DNA of 63,936 bases, filler included, from Octopus bimaculoides (Eukaryota): the NCBI RefSeq assembly GCF_001194135.2. It is 5 parts of 5 records of this genome, joined end to end, with 100 filler letters (N's around TTAATTAATTAA, not from the genome) between each part and the next. Parts side by side here need not be neighbours in the genome. Positions count along the whole stretch, not along the records: positions 26,489 to 53,123 come from NC_068984.1; 4 more parts are not named here. The stretch is one strand, 5' to 3'. Numbering within the stretch: the stretch's first letter is position 1; each line of letters starts with the position of its first letter. This document shows positions 27,792 to 40,743 of this stretch, piece by piece. A program made the position numbers and the translations under genes. The notes under the pieces are model-generated. The model saw only the letters and a program-made list of their open reading frames with translations, made no database searches and was not told the origin of the DNA.

Positions 27792-27923
27792 CTCCATTGT
27801 CCTTTCGGATGAAACACTTCTGGGTGATAGGGCAAGCAACACGCCCTACATAATAACTGACTGGAGTCTGGACAACTTCTCCGCACAAAGGGTTGTCATC
27901 ATAGCAATCCCAGCAGAAGAAAT
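27792..27923 (-). CDS. Exon encoding the N-terminal half of a second LU domain
   Basis: Acceptor atttcaacttccag| and donor GAG|GTAATA; 132 nt, phase 1-1: (D)FFCWDCYDDNPLCGEVVQTPVSYYVGRVACPITQKCFIRKDNG. By hand alignment 18 of 44 positions are identical to the 46784-46918 exon, including all 5 Cys and CFIRK, and the intron positions are the same. Confidence 0.9.
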
Positions 27924-28445
27924 CTGGAAGTTGAAATATATAACATCAAATTAAATAGCATTTTTGTTCAGCAGCATTGTTCTGAGAAATGGCTATGACA
28001 ACCTAATCTCCTGACAACCTAATCTCCTTCTATGGCATCAACACGGAATCACTATGCACAACACAACACCTTCCTTAATCATTAACCACACACGACTAAA
28101 ACTTACATTGACTTTACAAATACTTAAGCTTGGCAATCTTTGATGACGATAGCAACCACATATCAATGACAGAGTTAAAATTGCTCTTAAAGGACAGGAG
28201 CCACTTCTTCAGGGATCAGAAAATACCTCCAACTGTAAACTGAAAATACTGTACCTTCTTAATAAGACATGTATGGAGCCAACATATTGGGGTGGTTTGG
28301 TGGTCTTAATACACTTACAAACATTCTAGTCTTCCCCACAGCCAACCAATGCAAATTGATAGATAAACAAACTTCCATTCACCATCATACTACAACTTAA
28401 TATCAATTTCTAACACAGGTGCACAGTACTTTAATGTTTTGTGTG

Positions 28446-28503
<58 letters not shown>

Positions 28504-28555
28504 NNNNNNNNNNNNNNNNNNNNNNNNNNNNNNNNNNNNNNNNNNNNNNNNNNNN

Positions 28556-28616
<61 letters not shown>

Positions 28617-28836
28617 CATTTTGATTGCAGCCTCTAAAGACCATATAACTAATTAACCTCCACTCCAGTACTTGACTGATACTAATTTTATCAACGTCAG
28701 TAAGATTTGAACTCAAAATGGATGAAATAATAGCTAAATACTGTAAAGTACTTGTTTTATTGATTCTACCGACCAACCAGCTTTTCAGTAAGTAGTGGTA
28801 CAGAAAATACCAATTCTTTCAGAAAACTCAACTCAC

Positions 28837-29050
28837 CTGATAAGGATTCTTCAATTTCATTTTTGGAAGCTTCTAGATTGTTACCTCCAGCAATTTTGTC
28901 CACTTGTTTGATGTTCTTGGGCTTTACTTTTTGCACCTTATCTGCTGCTGAAGCTCCAGTTGGGACGGCGGCTGCCTCCCAATGCCCAGAATGTTTTGTT
29001 GTTTTGCTGTTTTCCCATCCTTCTTTCTGGGTTGTTTTAGGGGATTTCAC
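28837..29050 (-). CDS. Linker exon of the LU gene (Lys/Ala-rich)
   Basis: Acceptor tttctttcttttcaag| and donor TCAG|GTGAGT; 214 nt, phase 0-1, matching both neighbours: VKSPKTTQKEGWENSKTTKHSGHWEAAAVPTGASAADKVQKVKPKNIKQVDKIAGGNNLEASKNEIEESLS. Confidence 0.85.
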
Positions 29051-30074
29051 CTTGAAAAGAAAGAAATATATTTAAATTTATTTAAGCCTTAGAAAGCATG
29101 GAGGCAAGATGGCTAATATAGTTCTCATTGTTGCTCTGCTCAAGATCAACCCTGATTAAGCAGGCCTATGATCGCAGTCATTCCAGCTATGACCATCATG
29201 TTTATTTTACAGATATAATAAACCTAGGATTATATTATCCATTGATTTTTAAGATGAAAGGGGAGATTTTAGGGGATTTGGCTACCATTTCTAGCAGTTT
29301 GAGTGAGTGAATAGAGGCTCCTTTATCAGCCCATCAAGGTAGCTGTTGGAATCCAGAGTGAGTCTTATGCAAGGGTATGTAACAGATTGGCCTATGAAAT
29401 GTGTGAGAAACATTTTATATAAAGATGGCTGTAGGGTAAAGAATCTTGCTTTGCAACCATGTGGTTTTGGGTTCAGTTCCACATGGCATTTTGGGCAAAT
29501 AATTTATCGACCCTGAAAGGATGAAAGGCAAAGTCGACCTCGGCAGAATTTGAACTCAAAACGTAATGGCAGGCGAAATACTGCTAAGCATTTTGCCTGG
29601 CATGGTGTTTCTTATTTCTTTATTGCCCACAAGGGGCTAAACATAGAGGGGACAAACAAGGAAGACAAAGGGACTGAGTTGATTACATCGACCCCAGTGC
29701 GAAACTAGTACTTAATTTATTGACCCTGAAAGGTGTGCTAATGTTTCTGCCAGCTCGTTGACTTCGAGCTGTCATAGAAAATATTCTATTAGTATCATAA
29801 GGGAAAATTTACCATTGGTCCCACTACAGAGAAAGTTCATATTGGTACTATTAAAGTAAACTTCATGCCAGTACTATTACAGAAGCCTCTTATTGCTACA
29901 ATTACTTTAAAGTTTCTATTTATACTATTAACTAATTTATACAATGACAGAAAATCTCATATAAAAGCATTAGAGTAAACCTCCAAATGGTACATTAAAA
30001 TCCTGTCTGATCTTTATCATTACTGAAAATATTCCAATTGCATCACTGTAAAAGAAAAAACAAAACTTGCTTAC

Positions 30075-30340
30075 CGGGCTGTCCTCAAACTCCTTTGTAC
30101 GAATTCCTCTGATACCATTTATTTTCTGTTTGTTGTTGCGGTTATTGTTGTTGTTGTTGTTGTTATTGCTGCTGTGTTTAGCCTTCCCATCCATCCAGTA
30201 GGGTCTCTCAGTTGACCAGTGTACATACCACCACCACCAAGGTAGAATGGTGGTAACAGAAGATGAAGAGTGAGGTACATGTTGTTCCATAGCATCAACC
30301 TCTTCAGACTCCATCTCTTCCTCGTCACTGACCATTTCAA
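30075..30340 (-). CDS. Linker exon of the LU gene (acidic tract, Trp cluster, poly-Asn)
   Basis: Acceptor ttttattgcag| and donor CCG|GTAAGC; 266 nt, phase 1-0, open: (V)EMVSDEEEMESEEVDAMEQHVPHSSSSVTTILPWWWWYVHWSTERPYWMDGKAKHSSNNNNNNNNNRNNKQKINGIRGIRTKEFEDSP. Confidence 0.85.
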
Positions 30341-31138
30341 CTGCAATAAAATGGAGAGACAACATTTGAATACCTTAACAAACAACAGGAAAATAACGGA
30401 TTTGACTACAGTTTCTAAATACAACGGAATGGAATCAGTGGCGGACTGGCCAGGTTGCCAGCTTGCCCAATGGCAAGTGGGCCCCTGTGCCATTAGAATC
30501 CATATATGAGGGCCCATGTTAGTATCTAAGGGGCCCATCCCCTCAAGTTTGAGAATTTTTTATTCACTCCTGGAAGAATGCATTAATTATTTCAGCCTGG
30601 CTGTGTTTGTAGTCAGTTGAAAAGAATACTTTTAACAAAAAAAAAAAAAATTAAATTATAGCATTGTAGTTGTGGGTGCCCCCCCCCCCCCTTAGTCTCC
30701 TGGCAACCAATATCTTTAAACCCAGTCCGCTACTGAATGGAATATAAGCTGAGGGACTGAAAGAAGTTGAGAATTGATAGTGTGTGTGGTTTATATGGTA
30801 CCAAGTGAACCTGATACCAAATAAATGTGGCCACCAATTCCATCATGCTTAAATGAAGAATTCTAAATGTTTGGGACAAAAGAAGAAACCACTCAATCTC
30901 TGGGGTGTTATTGTTGTTGTTGTTTAACACTAGATGAAACTTCAGCAAGCGGCCTTTGACCAAATGCATTCCAGCTGTAACCATCCTGTCATTTAGAGGT
31001 TTATCTGGGACTCTGGAAGAATGAAAGGCAAAACTGACCTCCGGTGGGAATATAAAGATACATCACCAAACAGCAAAATATTTCAGCTATCACTACCAAT
31101 CCTTCAACTCGTTGTCCTCCTCTTCCTCCTCCCCCTCC

Positions 31139-31172
<34 letters not shown>

Positions 31173-32444
31173 GGTGGTGGTGGTGGTTTCAAATTTTGGC
31201 ACAAAGCCGGTAATTTTGAGGGAGGGGATAAGCCAGTTACATTGATCCTGGTGCCCAATTGGTGTTTGTTTTACTGACTTCGGAAAAATGAAAGGTAAAG
31301 TCAACCTCAGTGGAATTTGAACTCAGAACTACCAGAAGCAGTGCTGCTTAATGTTTTATCCAACATGTTAACAATTCTGCCAGCTCATGACATCATCATC
31401 ATCGTTTAACGTCCATTTTTCATGCTGGCATAGGTTGGAAGGTTTGACTTAAGACTGGCAAGCCAGGAGACTGTACCAGGCTACAATCTGATGTGGCAAT
31501 GTTTCTACAGCTGGATGCTCTTCCTAATGCCAACCACTCCGAGAGTGTAGTGGGTGCTTTTTATGCACCAGCAATATGGGAGCCAGTCAAGCAGCACTGT
31601 CATCAACCACACTCAGATGGTGCTTTTTATGTGCCACCAGCATGGGTTCCAATCAGGCAGTACTGACATCAACCACGCTCAGATGGTGCTTTTTATGTGC
31701 CACTAGCATGGGAACCAGTCAGGTGGCACTGGCATCGGCCACACTAGTTCCTTTAACTGTAGGTATAAGGCCTGAAATTTTGGGGTATAGCTGCAAGTCA
31801 GTTACACTGACTCCAATGCTTGGCTGGTAGTTGTTTTATCAACCTCTAAATGATGGAAAGCTAAGTCAATCTCTTGCCGCCACATAAACTCAATTTTTTA
31901 GTGGGGAGGTAACCCAGTTTTTAATGGCAATTTTATAATAGGGGTGAGATAATCAAAAAGTACTTTCATTTCTTTTTAAAGTCTGGTACTTATGTATCGG
32001 TTTCTTTTGCCGAACCGTTAATTTACAGGGACGTAAACAAACCAGCACCGTTTGTCAAGCGGTGATGGTGACGTGCGCGTGCGAGTACGTACATACGTAT
32101 GACAGGCTTTGTCTACAAAATCCACTCACAAAGTTTTGATTGGCCAGGGGCTGTAGTAGAAAACACTTGCTCAAGGTGCCACGTAGTGGACTGAACTGGA
32201 AACCACGTGGTTGAGGAGCAAACGTCTTCTCATAAAACTACGCCTTTGTCTGACAAGCGATGTAAATATGTAACGTGCTTTGTCAGTTATCTCCCCTGCT
32301 CCGTTATACCAAAATAATAAGTAACCAACAGGTCTAAGTGAGCAAACAATTTAGTAGTGTTGAAATGAACTCCAATGGTGCTGTGAACAAAACAACCGCT
32401 TAATAATAAGCTAATAATCTCTCTCTCCCTCACACACACACACG

Positions 32445-32518
<74 letters not shown>

Positions 32519-33867
32519 CTCTCTGGGAAGCTGTCCAGCATCTTTGTACAGTTTTTACTAGTTATTATTAATCATTGATTGAAAGGCAATCATACCTGGT
32601 TACATCAATTCATTCTCTCCTTCTCCTTTTCCTTAATTCCCTCCCAATTTACACACACACACACACGTGTCTTTCAATATTCATTCATTTATATTTTAGC
32701 TTCATTTATGTTTGTTCCTATCCACAATTGTATAGACTAGACTAAGCTATAGAATTTATTCATGTGTGTATTTGCTTGTAGTGAATGCACACAATTATTC
32801 TATTCACTCAAATATATTATATATACATATTGTTTGCCTTCTCTTTTGCTTGTATTATATATATTTTTTAGACTGAGACAGTGTAAATAGCTATCTATGC
32901 ATATATGATTATTAGCCTATAAAACCGAAGATATGTTTGTATCTCATCAATGGTAGTGAACCATCTCTGGTAAACATTACCTTTCCCTCAATGCCTTACA
33001 TTTAGGGTAGATTGTTGTTAAACTCAGGTCAGCTCTAATCTAATAGAACCATGATGAAAGTTATTCCAACCGTAACCATCTCAGGGATCACTTAGCTTAA
33101 TGGTACAACACACTCAGCCTTATACCTACACAACAGTACTCTTTCACCCCCGAATTTGTTTTCTCATAATTCTTAGAAAAATGGATTTTTTAAAATGAAG
33201 TTTTCAACGAATACTTTTCAGTTCCTATTATATTGGAATTCCTATTATAATGGAATTTTATGTAAAAAAAAAAACAAGAAAAAGGAAAGAAAATATCAGT
33301 GGCTGTGCACACATTCATACTGACACACATCATCATCATCATCATCGTTTAACGTCCGCTTTCCATGCTAGTATGGGTTGGACGATTTGACTGAGGACTG
33401 ATGAACCAGATGGCTACACCAGGCTCCAATCTGATTTGGCAGAGTTTCTACAGCTGGATGCCCTTCCTAATGCCAACCACTCTGAGAGTGTAGTGGCTAC
33501 TTTTACGTGCCACCGGCNNNNNNNNNNNNNNNNNNNNNNNNNNNNNNNNNNNNNNNNNNNNNNNNNNNNNNNNNNNNNNNNNNNNNNNNNNNNNNNNNNN
33601 NNNNNNNNNNNNNNNNNNNNNNNNNNNNNNNNNNNNNNNNNNNNNNNNNNNNNNNNNNNNNNNNNNNNNNNNNNNNNNNNNNNNNNNNNNNNNNNNNNNN
33701 NNNNNNNNNNNNNNNNNNNNNNNNNNNNNNNNNNNNNNNNGGAGACGACGTTGGCATGGGTGCCAGTCCACATATATATATCTGCAAAATGAAACTGGAA
33801 GTGTTGAAAAAAGTTGTGATGTGTGCCTGTATATATACATGTGTATGCCCACCATTCTTATATTTTT

Positions 33868-34140
33868 TCACATTAAATTCTGTTGTAATCATAATTTACA
33901 CTATCTGAAAACTATTTGTAGAAGATTTCATTAAGAAATACCCATTTTTCTGTAAGTTGTGAGGAAACAAAATCAATTTCTGTGAATTATTTGAAACTCT
34001 TTTCCCTACTCAGAAAAAATTTTTTGTCACATTAAATTCCAATGTAATTGTAATCTACACCGTCTGGAAGGTTCTTGTAGAAAATTTCATTAAAAAATTT
34101 TTCTTCTTTTTTTTGTAAGTTATGAGAAAACAAAATCAGT
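33868..34140 (+). repeat. Imperfect direct duplication of ~110 bp with a 160-bp period
   Basis: CACATTAAATTC...TGTAAGTT.TGAG.AAACAAAATCA occurs at ~33868-33975 and ~34028-34138. Confidence 0.7.
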
Positions 34141-34767
34141 GGGAAAGGGATTCACACATTTATAGATGTGCCATCTTCTTATCGTTTCAGTAAGCTAAGG
34201 CCACATTATCTACATTATATGTCCTTTCCTAATTGAAGAGAGTACTTTGCAATTTGAGGGACATTTCACTGCCATTTCTTCCAGGTTGAACGACTTTGTA
34301 GAGGTCATCTTGTTGAGAAGAGTGTTATTGTTGTTTATTTATCAGTTGGCCATAACTGAGCAGACTCACAACCAAAGGGAGCTCATACACAATTATTTTG
34401 GTGGGGGCGGAGGGTTCTTTGGCATATTTAGGGCCATCTTACACAATGTATCTTGCCTTTACTAAGACAATAAGCTAATGTCAAAGGTGAAATTGCTGCA
34501 TAAATTTAGTATAGTTTAGGCAAGAGTGTGGCTGCATGGTTAAGGAGTCCACTTTGTAAACATGTGATTTCAGGTTCAATCCCAGCTGTGCGGTATCTTG
34601 GGTGAATGTGTTCTGTCATAATCACCTCAGTTTGACCAATAACTTGTGAGTGAATTTGGCAGACAAACTCAGCAGAAGCCTGTCATACATGTGCTTGTGT
34701 GTGTGCATGTGTTTGTGTGTGTGCATGTGTTTGTGTGTGTGCATGTGTTTGTGTGTGTGCATGTGTT

Positions 34768-34814
<47 letters not shown>

Positions 34815-35314
34815 TTGCTTGACTACTGGTGTTCCTTTGTTTATGTCCTCACAACAGCTGAGAAAAGAAAAAAGAAAAGAGACCAGTAAAATAACTACCA
34901 GAATTAAAATTAGTTCTGGGGTTGATTTGGTTGATTAAATCTGAAAAAAGTAGTGCCCCAGCATGGCCACAGTCTAATGACTGGAAAAAAATAAAAGAAC
35001 AGTATAATGTTTAGTCTGAAGTTTTGTAGGTTAATATTTCAGTGAAAAGGTGTTGACAAAGAGTCAACTCGTTATTATCATGTGTAATGCAGCATGACTA
35101 CAAAACAATAACCTGAAAGCATAATTAATGTTTATAGAAGGTCATATGATGGCTACATTTCTAGCTGACAAAGAGGATAATAAACTCTTGATGCCAATTG
35201 TGGAATTGTTGTTCCATGACTTTACAAAAACTGTTAGAGTTATAACTCTAATATTATTTCATAGCAAAACCAATAATATTTTATACATATAATCCTGTTA
35301 TATATATATTAAAA

Positions 35315-35852
35315 TCATCATCGTCATCGTTTAACGTCCACTTTCCATGCTAGCATGGGTTGGACGATTTGACTGAGGACTGGCGAACCAGATGGCTACA
35401 CCAGGCAGAGTTCTACAGTTGGATGCCCTTCCTAATGCCACCACTCTGAGAGTGTAGTGGGTGCTTTTACGAGGGCCAGTCAGGCGGTACTGGCAACGGC
35501 CATGCTCAAATGGTGTTTTCTATGTGCCATCTGCACAGGAGCCAGTCCAGCGGCACTGGCAATGACCTCGCTCGAATGTTTTTTCATGTGCCACCGGCAC
35601 AAGTGCCAGTAAGGCGATGCTGGTAATGAACATGCTCAATGGTGCTATTTACGTGCCACCAGTATGGAAGCCAGACAGCTGCTCTGGCAATGATCATGCT
35701 CAGATGGTGCTGTTAGTGCTCCACTGGCACAGGTGCCAGTCAATGAATTTGGTTCAATTACGATTTCGATTTCACTTGCCCCAACAGGTCTTCACAAGCA
35801 GAGTTTAGTGTCCAATGAAGGAAAGGTATGCATAAGTGGACTGGCTACACCC
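35315..35852 (-). mobile_element. RTE-tail-type retroposon family D with internal ~50-bp tandem repeats
   Basis: On the plus strand CATCATCGTTTAACGTCC..CATGCTAGCATGGGTTGG followed by GCCAGT..GCACTGGCA..GGTGCT units. Other copies approx.: 26990-27430, 31385-31745, 33330-33517, 40045-40350, 44020-44240, 50185-50365. Confidence 0.75.
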
Positions 35853-36308
35853 NNNNNNNNNNNNNNNNNNNNNNNNNNNNNNNNNNNNNNNNNNNNNNNN
35901 NNNNNNNNNNNNNNNNNNNNNNNNNNNNNNNNNNNNNNNNNNNNNNNNNNNNNNNNNNNNNNNNNNNNNNNNNNNNNNNNNNNNNNNNNNNNNNNNNNNN
36001 NNNNNNNNNNNNNNNNNNNNNNNNNNNNNNNNNNNNNNNNNNNNNNNNNNNNNNNNNNNNNNNNNNNNNNNNNNNNNNNNNNNNNNNNNNNNNNNNNNNN
36101 NNNNNNNNNNNNNNNNNNNNNNNNNNNNNNNNNNNNNNNNNNNNNNNNNNNNNNNNNNNNNNNNNNNNNNNNNNNNNNNNNNNNNNNNNNNNNNNNNNNN
36201 NNNNNNNNNNNNNNNNNNNNNNNNNNNNNNNNNNNNNNNNNNNNNNNNNNNNNNNNNNNNNNNNNNNNNNNNNNNNNNNNNNNNNNNNNNNNNNNNNNNN
36301 NNNNNNNN

Positions 36309-36343
<35 letters not shown>

Positions 36344-38332
36344 CGCGCGCGCGCGTGTGTGTGGGTGTATGTATATATATGTGTGTATATATGCTGAGAC
36401 CCCCTTCGGTCATGACTGACCATGGGATTGCACCTAGAAAGTTACCCTCCAAGGCACAAGTTCGTGCAAGTTTGTTTATGGGAGACCAGCAGTCGCCCAT
36501 GCATACTGGTCTCCCCTCTCCATGCCACTGATGTTATCCAAGGGTACACGTGTCTGTGGAATGCTCAGCCACTTGCATGTTACTTTCATGAGGAAACTGT
36601 TTAGTTTATCAGATAAACTGGAACACTTATTGTTGTAATCAATGAAGAGCCAGGCCACCGACTATTCTTGTATTCCTGGGCGAAAATATCCTTCACACAA
36701 TTGACCCCTTTGAAACTGCTATAAAGGGGACTGAAGCCACTATACAAGGGACTGAAACCATCTTCATAGTCATGTCCTTCACATCTATATCCCAACATAA
36801 TCTAAGCTCATAATCTCAAATTCTACAAATGCTGCTTACATAGCCGCTCTGTTTCAATATATTAAGATGAGAAAGCTATGGACAAAGCTTGGAAAAAATA
36901 AATTGCCTCTCTCTAGAAAACAGATGGCTTTTATTCACTATCACAACTATCAACATCTAATGCCCTTCCATCTCTCTAATTGCAGCTGGTTCTTCTGGTT
37001 CATTTCTAAAAGGATCCTTATCAACTTTCTGAAATCCTCCTACTAAATCCTCTCCAACCATGTTTGCTCCATAATTAGTAATCTTACATAGGGCAGCAAG
37101 CACACTGGGCAAAATACTTAGTGGTATTTCATCCATCTTCAGGCTCTGAGTTCAATTTCTGCCAAGGTTGACTGTGCCTTTTATCCTTTCTGGGTCAATA
37201 AAACAAGTACCAGTCGAATACTGGAGTCGATGTAATTGATTTATTCCCTCCTCCGAAATTGCTGGCCTTGTGCCAAATATTGAAATCAATTAGTAATCCT
37301 ACAAAGAAAGCTTTTACATTTGCTGCTGAATCTGTATTCAACTCTATATTGCTCAAGCTTGCCAGAACTTCACTAATTTCAGTTTTTCTTTCCTTGAATG
37401 TCGACATTTTTTGTACAGACATCGTCCTGCAGCAATTCAAGCTAAACAAACAATCACATCAAAGTAGAGTGTCAACAAAGATCATGGATACAGTCTCTTC
37501 TTCCTGACTAAAACCATACACTGACCAGTTTGGAAAATGATGCTGTATGGTACTTCATATAACTTTACCTTCTTAAAATTTTGTCAGATCTAGTATTTAC
37601 ACAATGGTTTATTTAGTAGCAGTAGATTTACACTCGCTTTGTTAAGTCTTATAATGGCTTTGATATTCTGGATAAGGGAATCAGAAAGCACTTGAAACTG
37701 GTTGCCAATGTATGACCTGTTGTTGGCACTCCGTTGCTTACGATGTCGAGGGTTCCAGTTGATCCGATCAATGGAACAGCCTGCTCGTGAAATTAACATG
37801 CAAGTGGCTGAGCACTCCACAGACACGTGTACCTTTAATGTAGTTCTCGGGGATATTCAGCGTCACACAGTGTGACAAGGCTGACCCTTTGAATTACAGG
37901 CACAACAGAAACAGGAAGTAAGAGTGAGAGAAAGTTGTGGTGGAAGAGTACAGCAGGGTTCGCCACCATCCCCTGCCGGAGCCTCGTAGAGCTTTAGGTG
38001 TTTTCGCTCAATAAACACTCACAACGCCTGGTCTGGGAATCAAAACCCCGATCCTATGACCGCGAGACCGCTGCCCTAACCACTAGGCCATTGCGCCTCC
38101 ACACAATGTATGACCTGAGGATGAGTTAATACTCTGGAAGATATAAATGTTTAGTCATAATGAATATGTAGGGTATGATCTGCAGAGTTTATAGATGTAT
38201 TGCACTAGGAAGTATAAGGATATTTAAGCTTAGAAACATATATAATGACTTTAAAGATGTGGTGTAGCACAAAGAGCATAACAAAATTAACTATAAAGGT
38301 GTCTAGTAAATTCGTCATAGCTAATTACATTG

Positions 38333-39157
38333 CAGGTAATACATCCCCTGAAATTTCATCACCTGATAATTTTATTACAAGGTAAATTAGGGTTTTTGGG
38401 CAATATGTCATCAGTAAATTCGTAAGCATTTCAAATACATCAACAATAAATTTATAGCTCATACTTTCTATCTGAAGAGTAATTACATTACTAAATGTAA
38501 TTATTTAAAGTTTTTATTCACAGAGTAAATATTACACAGTAAACAATGCAAAATAAATTCAAAAACAATAAAAATTCGTTAGAATTGAATTTACTCAATA
38601 TAAGAATGAAAAATACAAAAAGTTACTTTTAAAAATGAAATTACAAAAATGCATTATTTTCAATTGGAGGAAAGGCCAGAAAGTAAAAAAAAAAACCATT
38701 GTAAAAACACATTATGATCAATGTCACTTAAACAATGCAGTATTTCACAATTTTGTTGATGTCCATTGACAACATGTCTAATTCTTGCTGCACTATTATA
38801 ATGCTTTATGTAATAATGAGGAATTTCTGCGCTGGTGATATACTGATCAATTGTTACTTTATTTCTTGATTGTTTCTTTTCCAAGATTTCTAAACGTTTC
38901 CAAACTGTAGGATGGAATTATTTCTCTTTCAAATTTCTTTTTCATTGTTAATGAAAAGCAGCACAATTACTCTGTGAATAAAAAGTTTACATAATGTTTA
39001 GCAATGCATTTTACTCTGTGAATAACAAACTCATGTTGAAGAATTTACCGATGACGTATATGGCATGACGATGAATTTACCAATGACGTATTGGCTCACA
39101 ATGTAAATTACCTTGTAATAAAATTACAAAATGAAATTATAGTGATGTGTTTACCAG
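38333..39157. mobile_element. Non-autonomous DNA transposon with long imperfect TIRs
   Basis: Ends CAGGTAATACATC and GATGTGTTTACCAG; mirrored blocks TTTTATTACAAGGTAA / TTACCTTGTAATAAAA and TTATTCACAGAGTAAA / TTTACTCTGTGAATAA. Confidence 0.75.
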
Positions 39158-39208
39158 GAGGAATTTAAAGGGAACCTTCTATAAGCACTGGAATATACAA
39201 GTACTTAC

Positions 39209-39247
39209 CTGGATTTTCTGCATCTTGATTGAATTCATGAATTTCAC
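39209..39247 (-). CDS. 39-nt linker exon of the LU gene
   Basis: Very strong acceptor tttttctacctttgtttacttacttattttcag| and donor CAG|GTAAGT; phase 1-1, open: (G)EIHEFNQDAENP. Confidence 0.75.
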
Positions 39248-40613
39248 CTGAAAATAAGTAAGTAAACAAAGGTAGAAAAATATATTCTTATGTATTTTCT
39301 CATGCTAATATGGGTCAGACAGTTTTCAAAGTTTGTGTCATAGAACCAGGAATACTCTTGGTACCAAAAGGGTTAAACTATTTCAACATTTACGAAACCC
39401 AAGTTTCTAATATCAAACACTTGACTTTGACATCAATGTGATTCCTATTTTCAATCCAAACTTTGAGGGTATTCTTTTATTCTTTTATTCTTTTATTCTT
39501 TTATTCTTTTATTCTTTTACTCGTTTCAGTCATTAGACTGCAGCCATGTGAGGGCATTGGCTTGAAGAAATTTTAGTCAAATGGATTGACACCAGTACTT
39601 AACTTTTATTAAGCCTGGCACTTATTCTATCGGTCTCTTTGCCAAACCAGTAAGTCACGAGGACGTAAACACACCAACACTGGTTGTCAAACGGTGGTTA
39701 GGGACAGACACAGACACAAAGAGACACACATATACACATACATATATATGACGGGCTTCTTTCAGTTTCTGTTTACCAAATTGGAACATACCATACATTA
39801 TATCCAACAACCTAAAGACTCTACCAATTCACCTTTGTGAATAATGTGAATTATAAACTTCATATAATAGTTTATTATACATAAAAGTAACAGCTTTGAA
39901 ATCCTTGTTCTATCATAACCAGTTATCCAATACATGAAACATCGTATTTAATGGCATATAAGATGCATTTTTTTTTCCACAAAACAAAAATGCCTCAAAA
40001 TTCACCCCAGGTCCTATATGTTTATTTACTTTAAATATTGCCAGTGGCACGCGAAAAAACATTTGAGCGAGGTCGTTGCCAGTGCCGCTGGACTGGCTCC
40101 TGTGCAGGTGGCATGTAAAAAGCACCATTTTGAGCGTGGCCATTGCCAGTACCGCCTGACTGGCCCTCATGCCGGTGGCACATAAAAGCACCCACTACAC
40201 TCTCGGAGTGGTTGGCGTTAGGAAGGGCATCCAGCTGTAGAAACTCAGCCAGATCAGATTGGACCCTGGTGCAACCATCTGGTTCGCCAGTCCTCAGTCA
40301 AATCATCCAACCCATGCTAGCATGGAAAGCAGACGTTAAACGATGATGATTGGTTTCAGATTTTGGCACAATGCCAGCAGTTTTGAAGGAGGGGGCTAAG
40401 TCAATTAAATGAGCCTCAGTGTTCAACTGGTACTTATTTTATTGACCCCAAAAGGATGCAAGGCAAAGTGACTCCTGCAGCATTTGAACACAGGATGTGA
40501 AGACAGATGAAATGCTTCTAAGCATTTTGCCTGATGTGCAAACGATTTTGCTGGTAGACAGACAATTCGTCGACAGACAGTTGGCCAACAGACAACTTAC
40601 AGACAGGACAATC

Positions 40614-40743
40614 GTGTGATATGGTGCAGAGTCCTGTTGCCAGACATAGGGTGTTCCAGCAGCCACCCTCTTGACCCAGGGCAGCACAACCTCCTCCAGG
40701 CACTTGATGTAGGCCTCTGTGTTGAGTCTGAGGCTGTGTGGGA
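40614..40743 (-). mobile_element. DD37D-type transposase fragment held between repeat arms
   Basis: PHSLRLNTEAYIKCLEEVVLPWVKRVAAGTPYVWQQDSAPYH. Confidence 0.8.

Noticed and set aside
35460-35730. Regularly spaced ~50-bp repeats resembling a repeat-spacer array (also 27150-27330, 31560-31745)
   Set aside because: Internal tandem repeats of retroposon family D; the intervening parts are homologous to each other, the context is eukaryotic and there are no cas genes.
36600-37060. Possible L1/Tx1-like RT remnant
   Set aside because: Too degraded; no unambiguous motif recognised.
37195-37449. Minus ORF with a protein-like middle (TMSVQKMSTFKERKTEISEVLASLSNIELNTDSAAN)
   Set aside because: The open frame would need phase 2 at the only good acceptor, incompatible with the phase-1 neighbours; the donor is weak and the ORF runs into a SINE.
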